Of a stretch of DNA of 64,000 nucleotides, positions 56,601-64,000 are shown piece after piece. Position 1 is the stretch's first letter. Each line of letters begins with the position of its first letter. A program made the translations under genes and the position numbers. The notes beneath the pieces were generated by a model. That model searched no databases and was not told the DNA's origin. It saw only the letters and a program-made list of their open reading frames with translations. This DNA comes from an uncultured Bacteroides sp. (GTDB taxonomy: Bacteria; Bacteroidota; Bacteroidia; Bacteroidales; Muribaculaceae): contig CAZBNM010000003.1 of NCBI GenBank assembly GCA_964493495.1, positions 2,610-66,609 on the forward strand, read 5' to 3'.

Positions 56601-56806
56601 AGTGTCTCGCCACGCTTTACCGTTATGGAGTATTCTCCATTTATATCGGTTGTGACGCCTGTGCCGGTCTGAAGGGCTTTCACCGATGCTCCTATAAGTG
56701 GCTCGTTGAAATCGAGCGAACTTACGGTGCCGGTTACTCTTAGCGTCTGGGCCTGCGCCCATAATCCGATTAAGGCAAGTAATAAGGTGAAAATTGTTTT
56801 TTTCAT
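53678..56806 (-). CDS. susC: SusC/RagA TonB-dependent transporter
   Basis: EVVVIGYG, DLTGAV, VLKDASAAAIYGSRGANGVI, RADGSSKF and YPQSRT motifs. Confidence 0.97.
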   Translation of the reverse strand: MKKTIFTLLLALIGLWAQAQTLRVTGTVSSLDFNEPLIGASVKALQTGTGVTTDINGEYSITVKRGETLEFSYVGCEPEKITADREKIDVVLRPQTESLGEVVVIGYGAVKKSDLTGAVSSVGSDKLTKTPAPSLANALQGQVAGVTVNSLSGRPGASAEVRVRGVGTINGASPIYVVDGVIVDDINFLSPNDIEHVEVLKDASAAAIYGSRGANGVIIVSTKGGAINRPTSISFNGYFGFQKRWRKLDVMNAKDFADTYIGINGNSAAKKVYAEQGFNQWLGIFQGVRNSDYYPTIYNPETNPDGLDYSQIDTDWQDEVFRTGNIQNYHLAIDGGTNNLSYSMSGSWFQQDGIIMGSDFSRFTARLNTSFQAFPWMRIGENISFMASVAKNAYEAGDNSESAGASILSAAFAMAPWDPTHYPAGSVNRKGEDLSGRVSAGSNFKNVTNPFSMSDYSHPKNRTERFVGSVFMELTPVKHFTWRTNYSFDYRISQDRSFMEAYEFSSYDQRDTNFLSRSLARAYYYNVDNILTYTNTFGKHNLSAMAGFTVEELNTYSIGASGSTILNPSERNWYLSQTTDNFGRPGDGVGRNRRQSWLGRVNYSYNDRYLLTVNFRADGSSKFDQNRWGYFPSFALAWRMKQENFLKDVTALSDLKLRLGWGKVGNDNIGSDAFVLNMFHNGPTFVDYVFGVTQALANGAAVLTWVNNGGHWENTEQYSAGIDFSLWNGKLSGSVDGFIRDTNDMLMSVTAPAHVGNRYAGMANVGKVRNKGIEISLDHRYRVNKDFNYSVGGNISFIDNKLVSLNGGSPIYTSYNLVQVVDKGFPLYYFWGYQYEGIFRSDEEVFERLPGYNATDTPFHAGDAIYRDNNKDGRIDDSDRVELGTCIPKISYGINLGAWYRDFDLQLFFQGAGGHKIYNQMRHRLESNGAQSVLSPLMKDAWTTDNPDGSIPNPRNSVNYFVSDRFLESGDYFRLKDLQFGYSLPKSVLGKRGLRSCRFYAQCSNVFTITKYTGFDPEVNGGVDYGNYPQSRTFLFGVNITY

Positions 56807-56873
56807 GGATTCTTGTTTCAACATTTGGATTTCTTCTTCCTTGCTGCTGCTTTGCTTTGTCGTTTCGACATCG

Positions 56874-56881
56874 CAAAATTA
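56874..56881 (-). promoter_or_regulatory. -7 promoter element for susC
   Basis: TAATTTTG on the minus strand. Confidence 0.55.
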
Positions 56882-57037
56882 TCATCCATGAAAGGTTTGT
56901 CAATTTATTTTACCTCATTAATACCTCTATGTTTTTCGGTGAGCAACTCAATAAAATTACTATGTTGTTTTGTAAGATGCGTTTAATTAGCGACTTGTGT
57001 TTTTGATATGTTTTTTAGCACTACTAATGTCCTTACT

Positions 57038-59914
57038 TCAGAACTGCTGGAGGAACACTGCCAGACGGTCTTCTCTGCCAAGGCCAAGCTTCGGTCGGAT
57101 CTGATAGCGGTACATTTCGATGCTGCGCACCGACAGGTTGAATATCGAGCTGATTTCTTTTGAGCTCAGTCCCATCTTTATGTAGCAGCATATTTTCACT
57201 TCCGATTTTGTTAGTGTCGGGTATTGTGCTGTCAGGCGTTGGGTGAAGTTATTGTAGACGACATCGAAGTTATCGGTGAAGTTCTTCCAGTCGTCATCGT
57301 GTTCTATATTGTCGGCGATAAGCCTCCGAAGGTTGTTGAGATTCTTTTTTACTTCCGAGTTGTAGCCTTTCTCGCCAAGTACTTCTTCCGTTTTACGGAT
57401 TTTATAGATTATGGAATTTAGCAGCTCGTTTTTGCGGATCACGTTCATTGTCGTGTTTGAGAGTTCTTCGCTTTTTACGCGGATGTTGTATTCCATCTGT
57501 TCGCTCTTCACTTTCTCGAGCTCGTACTGGTCTTTGAGCATACGAACTTCCGCTTCCTGCTGCACTCTGCGGAGGCGCTCTTCTTCGCGCTCCTTCACTT
57601 TGCGGGCGGCACGGAGCGAAATGTGTCTTGTGAGAAAGCCTATGCCTGTCAGTAGGAGGACCACCATGATTGCATAAATTGCTTTCGCTGCTGTGGTCCT
57701 ATACCACGGAGCATCGATAGTGAATCGGAATTCTGTTTCGTATTCACTATCATCGTAGGTATTGAAGGCCTTGGCAAGCAGCACATAATTGCCTTCCGGC
57801 AGCTTCGTGTATTCTTTTGTGGACATCCGGCTTGGCTGGCTCCAATCGCTGTCATAGCCTTTAAGGAAGAAGCTGTACAGCACTGCATCCTGTTCGCGGT
57901 ATTCCGGGAGCGCGGCGGCGAATTTCAGGCTGTTGTTGGCGTAGTCGATATGGATGCTGTCGCTTGATCCAACAGACTTGCGGTATATTACGGAGTCTGT
58001 CGGCGTGCTTATTCGGTCGATATTAAGCAGCGTTGGGCCTTCGGATTTCCGGGTCTTGAACCGCGGGTCGATAGAGTAGAAGCCGTGGCGCGATGATACG
58101 AGCATTTCTCCGCTTGAGAGGGGTAGCATCTCTACGTATCCGGGCACGAGATCCGGGAGCACCGATTTGAATGATGTGGAATCGGTTATGCGTTCTCCGG
58201 CGCTGTTGATCCCCGATACCATTATATTTTCAGGAGATACGGAGAGTATGGTGCGGTCGGCAGACATGAACAGCATTGCCGACGGGTTATGCGGAATTAG
58301 GGAATTGAGCTGATTGTCCGGAACAAACAAGCCCTGTGCGCCATCATAACTGTATATGCCTCTGCGGGTGGAAAAAACTACGCGGCCATCGATCTCTGTA
58401 AGGGTGTTGCCTGCGTTTTCCGGAAAGCCATGGCTTTCATCGAGTAGATCCACTCGCTCGAAACGCTTGCGGTCGGCCGAGAGTCTGAGACGAAATACTC
58501 CTTTTAGCCAGTGGCTTATCCATATATTTCCAAGAGCGTCTTCCGCAAATCTGCCGTTTACATCGCTGTAGCCTGCAACTTTCCCTCGGCTGTGCCATCC
58601 TGCACCGTCGCGTTCCAGAAGATAGAAATTATCGTTTGTTGATAATAGAACTGCATTCGGGTCGGAATGTAATTGCTTGATGCATAGTGTGGCCGGAACT
58701 CCTGCAATTTTTTTAGATCCGTTTTTGTCCAGTATGTGCAGCCCGTCGTTCGTGCCCACGAACAATTCTTCGCCGATCAGGGCAAGGCACATCACCGGAG
58801 GCTGGTAGTCGGTGAGTTGTTGCAGAGGACGCACTTCCTGATCCGCATCAATATAGAAGAGCCCCTGACTGGTGCCGAGCACTATCTGGTTGCCCCGCTC
58901 AAGTGCGGCATAACCGATCCCGAGTTTTCTGTCGCGCACCGACAGATGACTCACCGGAGAGTTGAGTACAATCAGTGCCAGGCCATCGTCTGTGCCCGCC
59001 CATAGATTGTGGTTGGCATCGAAGAATAGGGAATATACCGTGTTGGTTTCAAGCCCGTTATGGTTGTTGAATACTGTTGTGCGCCCAGTCTCTGGATCGA
59101 GAGTACACAGACCTTTGCTCAGCGATGCAAAGGCAAGACCGGAGCCGTCAGCAGCCACGCTGAATATGTTTCCTCGTTCCATAAAGCTGTCTGCTGCAGT
59201 ATTGTATCTCTCGGCTTTATTGTGGCCATCCATAGTGTAAAGACCATCATTGGCGGTGACGATCAAGAGTTTGCCGTTATAAGGAATCATATCTACGATA
59301 TATTTCCCCTCCAGCACGGGATCTGCGAGTTCTTCGAAACGACCGTTGTCGAATACGCATAGGCCATTGTCGCCGCCGGCAAGGATGATGCGGCCGCCGT
59401 AGATGGCCATTGCCGTGAGTTTTTGACGGGATGGATATGAGCGGACCCGTCCTCCGGCATATTCAAAAAGCCAGTAATCGGCTCTGAACCACAATTCTTC
59501 GCCACGCGCCTTGATGGCTCGTATCTCCGTGATGTTGTTGATCGAACTTTTCAGTCCGTCGGATAAGGATGTATATACCACAGGTCCTCCCGGATATAAA
59601 GGCAGGAAGTAGCCGAATTCATCGAATCCTCCAACGAAAACCGTGTCCCTTTTGCAGTATACGGCGCGGATAGCCGATTGGTTCGGCAGGTAGAAGCCCT
59701 GCCATTGTTCGCCATCGAAGCGAAGCAGGCCTTCCTGATTCCCCACGTATATCCGTCGCAGACTGTCTTGAGCGATTGCGAGATCCTGAAAGCCGGATTC
59801 AACATCATTATGATCAATCTGCAGTACTTTGGGCACCGAGCCGAAGAGCTGTAGCCCCGGAGCATTAACTGCCACCATGATAAGCAGCATAAGAAGGGGA
59901 ATTGTTTTTTTCAT
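57038..59914 (-). CDS. membrane-spanning sensor-regulator (beta-propeller, Y_Y_Y, TM, coiled coil, LuxR-type HTH; no kinase domain)
   Basis: YSFFLKGYDSDWS...YTKLPEGNY; PWY followed by a TM; C-terminal LSSKEISSIFNLSVRSIEMYRYQIR. Confidence 0.88.
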   Translation of the reverse strand: MKKTIPLLMLLIMVAVNAPGLQLFGSVPKVLQIDHNDVESGFQDLAIAQDSLRRIYVGNQEGLLRFDGEQWQGFYLPNQSAIRAVYCKRDTVFVGGFDEFGYFLPLYPGGPVVYTSLSDGLKSSINNITEIRAIKARGEELWFRADYWLFEYAGGRVRSYPSRQKLTAMAIYGGRIILAGGDNGLCVFDNGRFEELADPVLEGKYIVDMIPYNGKLLIVTANDGLYTMDGHNKAERYNTAADSFMERGNIFSVAADGSGLAFASLSKGLCTLDPETGRTTVFNNHNGLETNTVYSLFFDANHNLWAGTDDGLALIVLNSPVSHLSVRDRKLGIGYAALERGNQIVLGTSQGLFYIDADQEVRPLQQLTDYQPPVMCLALIGEELFVGTNDGLHILDKNGSKKIAGVPATLCIKQLHSDPNAVLLSTNDNFYLLERDGAGWHSRGKVAGYSDVNGRFAEDALGNIWISHWLKGVFRLRLSADRKRFERVDLLDESHGFPENAGNTLTEIDGRVVFSTRRGIYSYDGAQGLFVPDNQLNSLIPHNPSAMLFMSADRTILSVSPENIMVSGINSAGERITDSTSFKSVLPDLVPGYVEMLPLSSGEMLVSSRHGFYSIDPRFKTRKSEGPTLLNIDRISTPTDSVIYRKSVGSSDSIHIDYANNSLKFAAALPEYREQDAVLYSFFLKGYDSDWSQPSRMSTKEYTKLPEGNYVLLAKAFNTYDDSEYETEFRFTIDAPWYRTTAAKAIYAIMVVLLLTGIGFLTRHISLRAARKVKEREEERLRRVQQEAEVRMLKDQYELEKVKSEQMEYNIRVKSEELSNTTMNVIRKNELLNSIIYKIRKTEEVLGEKGYNSEVKKNLNNLRRLIADNIEHDDDWKNFTDNFDVVYNNFTQRLTAQYPTLTKSEVKICCYIKMGLSSKEISSIFNLSVRSIEMYRYQIRPKLGLGREDRLAVFLQQF

Positions 59915-60113
59915 TGGAGATACGATTGGGTTGCGTTTGCAAATTTAAGCAATATGTATCTTATGTCAAACTGCATATAGAAATTTGTAAAATTCATTAA
60001 TGCCTGATAGCTTGTGTTTTGCCTTCTCGGGATTGAGTTTTTTTAGTAGTGTTTTTTTTTATCTGTTGTAGTTAAATTGAACGTCTTGTTATTGCCCGGG
60101 ACTGTTTTAGTCG

Positions 60114-60121
60114 TAACTTTG
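60114..60121 (+). promoter_or_regulatory. -7 promoter element for the GH78 gene
   Basis: TAACTTTG. Confidence 0.6.
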
Positions 60122-60181
60122 CAGCGATTCTTCGCTTGCCTTTGCTCTAACCCAAGAAACTCATTCACCATTTAATATCTG

Positions 60182-61855
60182 ATGAAATCCATTATCACTT
60201 CGCTATACCGCATTTTCGGTCGGCACAGGGCCGCAATGATGGCCGTGCTCATCGGAGTGTCCGGCGCGTCGCTTAAGGCCGGTGACAGATATGCCGACTG
60301 TCGTCAGGGCTGGCTTGATATTGCAGAGAACTGCAAGCCCTCTCTTCGCGAGACGCTCTGTCAGCCTCTGGCCGTTGTGTCTCCCGTTTACGACGAGCAG
60401 GCTTTTCAGAACTGGCGGTATCAGGAGCTTGGCTCTCCGGAGAAATTGATTTATAACCGTAGCTTTAAGGATGTGGAGTCCGTGACTGTGGACTTCGGAC
60501 GCCATATGACCGGATACTTTTCCTTCAGCACACGCATACTTGCGCGATGCCAGGATGCACCGGTTAGAATCCGCTTTACTTTCGGCGAATTGCCTGCCGA
60601 GCTCAATACACCTTACGACCCCTGGCCCGGAACGCTGTCGCGTGCGTGGATGCAGGAGGAAGTGCTGAACATCACAAATATCGGTGATACTGTCGAGCTT
60701 CCCCGTCGCATGGCCTGCCGTTATGTCAAGATAGAATTGCTCGGTGCTTCAAGCGATTTCGATTTCGCACTTGACGGACTTTCATTCAGGGCCGTGTCAT
60801 CTGCAATCGGAGATGTGGATGTGCCGGTGAAGAACGTTTCAGAGACGGTGCGCAGAATACATGATGTATCTGTCGAGACTCTGCGCGAATGTATGCAGAC
60901 AGTGTTTGAAGACGGTCCGAAGCGCGACCGCAGGCTGTGGTCGGGCGACCTTTACCTCCAGTCTCTCGCCAATAGATATACATTCCGCAATTTCGACCTC
61001 ACCAAGCGATGTCTATATCTGTTTGCCGGACTTTCATCTGACGACGGAGAAATCATTTCCAATATTTTCGAGTATCCGCGGCCTCATCCTCAGGTAGGCT
61101 CATACTGCCTTAGCTATTCACTCCTGTGGAATTCAACGCTGCTTGAATATCTCCTCGATACACATGATTATGACACTGCACGCGACCTTTGGCCCCTTGC
61201 CGTACGTCAGGTGGAGAGGGCCCTGGATTGCGTCGACTCCGGATATATGTTCAATCCCGATCTTAAGCCCGAGGGATGGTTCTTCTTCGACTGGCGCGAT
61301 GGACTGGATGTGAACACGGCGATGCAGGCTGCTATAATATTCGGAATACAGCAGACTACGGAACTGGCCGGATTGCTGGGAAAGTCGGATGAGGTCCGTG
61401 CGTGGCAGCCGGTAGCTAAGAAGATGAAGGAAGTTTCGCGCAAGCGGCTGTACGACTCCGGGACCGGTCTGTTTGTCAGTGGCCCCGATCGACAGATCTC
61501 CGTCCTCAGCCAGACGTGGATGATTAAAGCCGGAGTCCTCGATAAGAAAGAAGCACGTAAAGCCATTATGGCTGCACTCGAAAACGAAAGTACCGTTATG
61601 CCCGGCACCCCTTATTCCATGCATTATCTCGTGGATGCAATGATATTGGCAGATATGCCCGACAGCGCACGCGACCTGCTCATTTCTTATTGGGGAGGCA
61701 TGGTAGATAAAGGGGCGGATACCTTCTGGGAATCATACGACCCCGATGATGATTTCATCTCTGCTTACGGATTCTTTCCCGTGAATTCGGCATGTCATGC
61801 ATGGAGCTGCACACCGGTTTATTTTATCCATAAATATCCGGAGATTTTTATATGA
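60182..61855 (+). CDS. GH78-type alpha-L-rhamnosidase
   Basis: DFGRH..GY, EDGPKRDRRLWSGD, GADTFWE and SACHAWSCTP motifs. Confidence 0.88.
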   Translation: MKSIITSLYRIFGRHRAAMMAVLIGVSGASLKAGDRYADCRQGWLDIAENCKPSLRETLCQPLAVVSPVYDEQAFQNWRYQELGSPEKLIYNRSFKDVESVTVDFGRHMTGYFSFSTRILARCQDAPVRIRFTFGELPAELNTPYDPWPGTLSRAWMQEEVLNITNIGDTVELPRRMACRYVKIELLGASSDFDFALDGLSFRAVSSAIGDVDVPVKNVSETVRRIHDVSVETLRECMQTVFEDGPKRDRRLWSGDLYLQSLANRYTFRNFDLTKRCLYLFAGLSSDDGEIISNIFEYPRPHPQVGSYCLSYSLLWNSTLLEYLLDTHDYDTARDLWPLAVRQVERALDCVDSGYMFNPDLKPEGWFFFDWRDGLDVNTAMQAAIIFGIQQTTELAGLLGKSDEVRAWQPVAKKMKEVSRKRLYDSGTGLFVSGPDRQISVLSQTWMIKAGVLDKKEARKAIMAALENESTVMPGTPYSMHYLVDAMILADMPDSARDLLISYWGGMVDKGADTFWESYDPDDDFISAYGFFPVNSACHAWSCTPVYFIHKYPEIFI

Positions 61856-61893
61856 TAGTGTAAAAAGGAAGTTAAGGTTTGGTAAAAAAGGAG

Positions 61894-61934
61894 CGGCGGC
61901 CGTATCGGGATTGTGATTCCGGATACGGCCGCCG
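61894..61934. terminator. GC-rich hairpin after the GH78 gene
   Basis: CGGCGGCCGTATC / GATACGGCCGCCG arms. Confidence 0.6.
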
Positions 61935-62013
61935 TAGGTTGCTTCCGTATGATATGTGTATAAATAAATTCTTTCGTATTGGTCATGTTAATCAAATACA
62001 CTATATTTGCAAT

Positions 62014-62325
62014 ATGAAACTGATTGAGCTTAATATGGACAAGATTATAGCTTTGTGCAAGAAGTACAAAGTGGCTAAGCTGTGGGTATTCGGCTCGATA
62101 CTGACCGACCGTTTCAATGATAACAGCGATGTGGATTTCTCGGTAGAATTTGATTCCGATACCATTAATCGGGAAAAATTAGACTGGGCAGATTTGTTTT
62201 TTGACTTCCTTAATGATCTGAAAGTCTTGTTGGGCCGAGAGATTGACATAGTTTTTGATGACTGTGTGAAGAATCCTTATTTCAGAAAAGAGCTTGATGC
62301 TACAAAGCAATTAATATATGGATGA
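62014..62325 (+). CDS. MNT (minimal nucleotidyltransferase) antitoxin, MntA-like
   Basis: LCKKYKV..L.VFGS.L...FNDNSDVDF (GSx10DxD), GREIDIV, NPYF; promoter TATATTTG at 62002. Confidence 0.9.
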   Translation: MKLIELNMDKIIALCKKYKVAKLWVFGSILTDRFNDNSDVDFSVEFDSDTINREKLDWADLFFDFLNDLKVLLGREIDIVFDDCVKNPYFRKELDATKQLIYG

Positions 62326-62356
62326 ACGGGTATTGAAGTATCTTTCCGATATTTCT
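62318..62356 (+). pseudogene. 5' stub of a HEPN/DUF86 (HepT-like) toxin
   Basis: Overlaps the MNT stop (ATGGATGA). MDERVLKYLSDI resembles DUF86 N-termini and continues directly into an unrelated gene. Confidence 0.6.
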
Positions 62357-63115
62357 ATGAAATTTAGATTCCTTGCTATTCTGGCAGCCTTCGCTGTGGC
62401 GCTTCCGCTCTGGGCCTGGACGCCGAGGGTGGTTGCCCATCGCGGACATTGGAAGCCTGAAGGCTCCGCACAGAATTCTATCCGTGCGCTCGTAAAGGCC
62501 GACTCCGTGGGAGTCGACGCCGTTGAACTCGATGTTTGGATCGACTCCACCGGAACCGTGTGGGTCAATCACAACCGCGACATTAATGGCGTGGTTATCG
62601 AGACGGCGGATTCAGCCACCGTAGCCCGCGAGCGACTCTCCAACGGCGAGGAGATTCCCACATTAAGGCGCTTCCTTACCGTTGCATCCCGCTTGCGTCC
62701 CGATATAGTTCTGGAGGTGAAGACCCATGCCGACACACGTCGCGAGGATGCTGCCGTAGACGCATCCATCGCACTTGTGAATGAGCTCGGATTGGCTCCG
62801 CGTACAACCTATATCACCTTCTCCCGACGTGCCTTCGAACGGCTGGTAGCGCGAAGCGGCTGTCCCGCTCAGTTTCTCTCGGCTGTGGAGCCCGAGGAGC
62901 TTAAGGCTCTTGGAGCAACGGCGGCTGACTATAACATCATTCACTTCCGCAAGCATCCCACCTGGATCAAGGATCTCCACGCGCTCGGCCTCGGCGTGAA
63001 CGTTTGGACCGTCAACAGCCCCGAGGACCTCCGCTGGTGTATCGACGAAGGCGTCGACTTCATCACTACCAACGAACCCGAGCTCCTTATCGAAATCCTC
63101 TCCACGCCGCAGTGA
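62357..63115 (+). CDS. glycerophosphodiester phosphodiesterase (GDPD), secreted
   Basis: Signal peptide; AHRG, QNS, ELDV, LEVK, VWTVN and GVDFITTNEP motifs. Confidence 0.93.
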   Translation: MKFRFLAILAAFAVALPLWAWTPRVVAHRGHWKPEGSAQNSIRALVKADSVGVDAVELDVWIDSTGTVWVNHNRDINGVVIETADSATVARERLSNGEEIPTLRRFLTVASRLRPDIVLEVKTHADTRREDAAVDASIALVNELGLAPRTTYITFSRRAFERLVARSGCPAQFLSAVEPEELKALGATAADYNIIHFRKHPTWIKDLHALGLGVNVWTVNSPEDLRWCIDEGVDFITTNEPELLIEILSTPQ

Positions 63116-63293
63116 GGGCTTGATTCACTGGCCGGAGGCCTATTCCTCCAGTGCGCGACGGGCATTGCGGAGGAGCTGGGGGAGATTGGCCCGCGGCAGC
63201 TGAACAGCTGTCTCGGCCCGCGCGGGAAGGAAGGCCTGTGCGCTATTATTCTATAAGGATATGCTCTCCACTATGGTGCGATAGAGGAGAGCT

Positions 63294-64000
63294 TTATGCC
63301 GAATGTGGATAGAAACAGCTCCAGTTCAAGGTATCGTGGGTGTTGTTAATGGGGTCCGTTGAGTAGAGCCAGTTCAATCCTCGCTGTATTATCACACCTC
63401 CGGCAAGCGGCTGTTCCGCTGTCGAATTTTCTGCCATGTATTTGAGAAGGGCATTGTGCTTGTCGGCGGCAAAAAGATCACTTTCGATACTTTTGGTGTC
63501 GAAAAGATATACGTGTCCGTTCTTCATGCGTATAACAAAATCGACATAAAACAGACCCTTTTCGCCTCCTTCCCCCTTCTGATATTCGATGGCATAATTG
63601 TTCTTGCCATTATCGCCGTTCTTATACCACCAGTCAATATACTGTGAATTGGCTTCGAGGAATTTCACAAAATCCTTTTCAGGGGATGATGTTTTATTTA
63701 TCAGTCTGATAAAGGGCAACAAGGCATGATTTTTACCCTCTGCAATCTCATTAGTTTCTGAATCATAGACACGCTTTTCCGGCACTTCCCACTCGTGTTC
63801 TTTATATACGCGGGTGGCGGCGGCATGAGCGGCGGCAATCCGGCGTTTTCGGGCATATTTTTCGAGAGCGATTTCGAGTAGACGATCAAACTTGGGGCGG
63901 TTCTCGTGATATAACACCACTTTCTTCGCATCTGTATCGTAGATACCGAAGAAGTCTGCGATAAGTTCTGTAAGGAAGCTCGCAATCTTATCGGTGCGAC
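63294..64000 (-). CDS. C-terminal part of a probable Type III restriction endonuclease Res subunit (5' end outside window)
   Basis: SPEKDF..FLE...WWYKNG...FYVDFVI...LFDTK PD-(D/E)xK motif; frame stays open to the window edge; AT-rich. Confidence 0.75.
   Translation of the reverse strand, partial: RTDKIASFLTELIADFFGIYDTDAKKVVLYHENRPKFDRLLEIALEKYARKRRIAAAHAAATRVYKEHEWEVPEKRVYDSETNEIAEGKNHALLPFIRLINKTSSPEKDFVKFLEANSQYIDWWYKNGDNGKNNYAIEYQKGEGGEKGLFYVDFVIRMKNGHVYLFDTKSIESDLFAADKHNALLKYMAENSTAEQPLAGGVIIQRGLNWLYSTDPINNTHDTLNWSCFYPHSA

Noticed and set aside
57019-60051. Invertible segment bounded by 9-bp inverted repeats around the regulator
   Set aside because: Repeats are short and AT-rich and no recombinase is nearby; an operator or chance match is more parsimonious.

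Overview
Chromosomal window from a high-GC Bacteroidales organism, most likely Muribaculaceae. This is inferred from TAnnTTTG promoters, a SusC/SusD pair, T9SS-type C-termini and gene order. Left to right it contains: (1) the dcw cell-division and cell-wall cluster, rsmH-ftsL-ftsI-murE-mraY-murD-ftsW-murG-murC-ftsQ-ftsA-ftsZ, with no mraZ; (2) greA, a HIT gene and a thioredoxin-like gene behind a structured leader; (3) two tandem secreted TPR-array genes that share a near-identical ~800-bp N-terminal block but have different repeat arrays, next to tRNA-Glu-rpsT-tRNA-Glu; (4) housekeeping genes (recO, AraC, two MscS, tatD, yidD, rnpA, hemD, LOG, comF), a LOTUS/DUF3825-like orphan, and a namZ-SSS-WYL-RecD-like helicase run; (5) after tRNA-Ala, a ~22-kb lower-GC polysaccharide utilisation locus combining beta-1,3-glucan enzymes (GH128, GH3) with rhaBATD and a GH78 rhamnosidase; (6) an MNT antitoxin whose HEPN toxin is reduced to a ~13-codon stub in frame with a GDPD gene, and the 3' end of a probable Type III restriction subunit. 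The best candidate for an undescribed system is the constant-N-terminus, variable-TPR gene pair. All calls come from reading motifs by eye; no database searches were run and GC statements are visual estimates.
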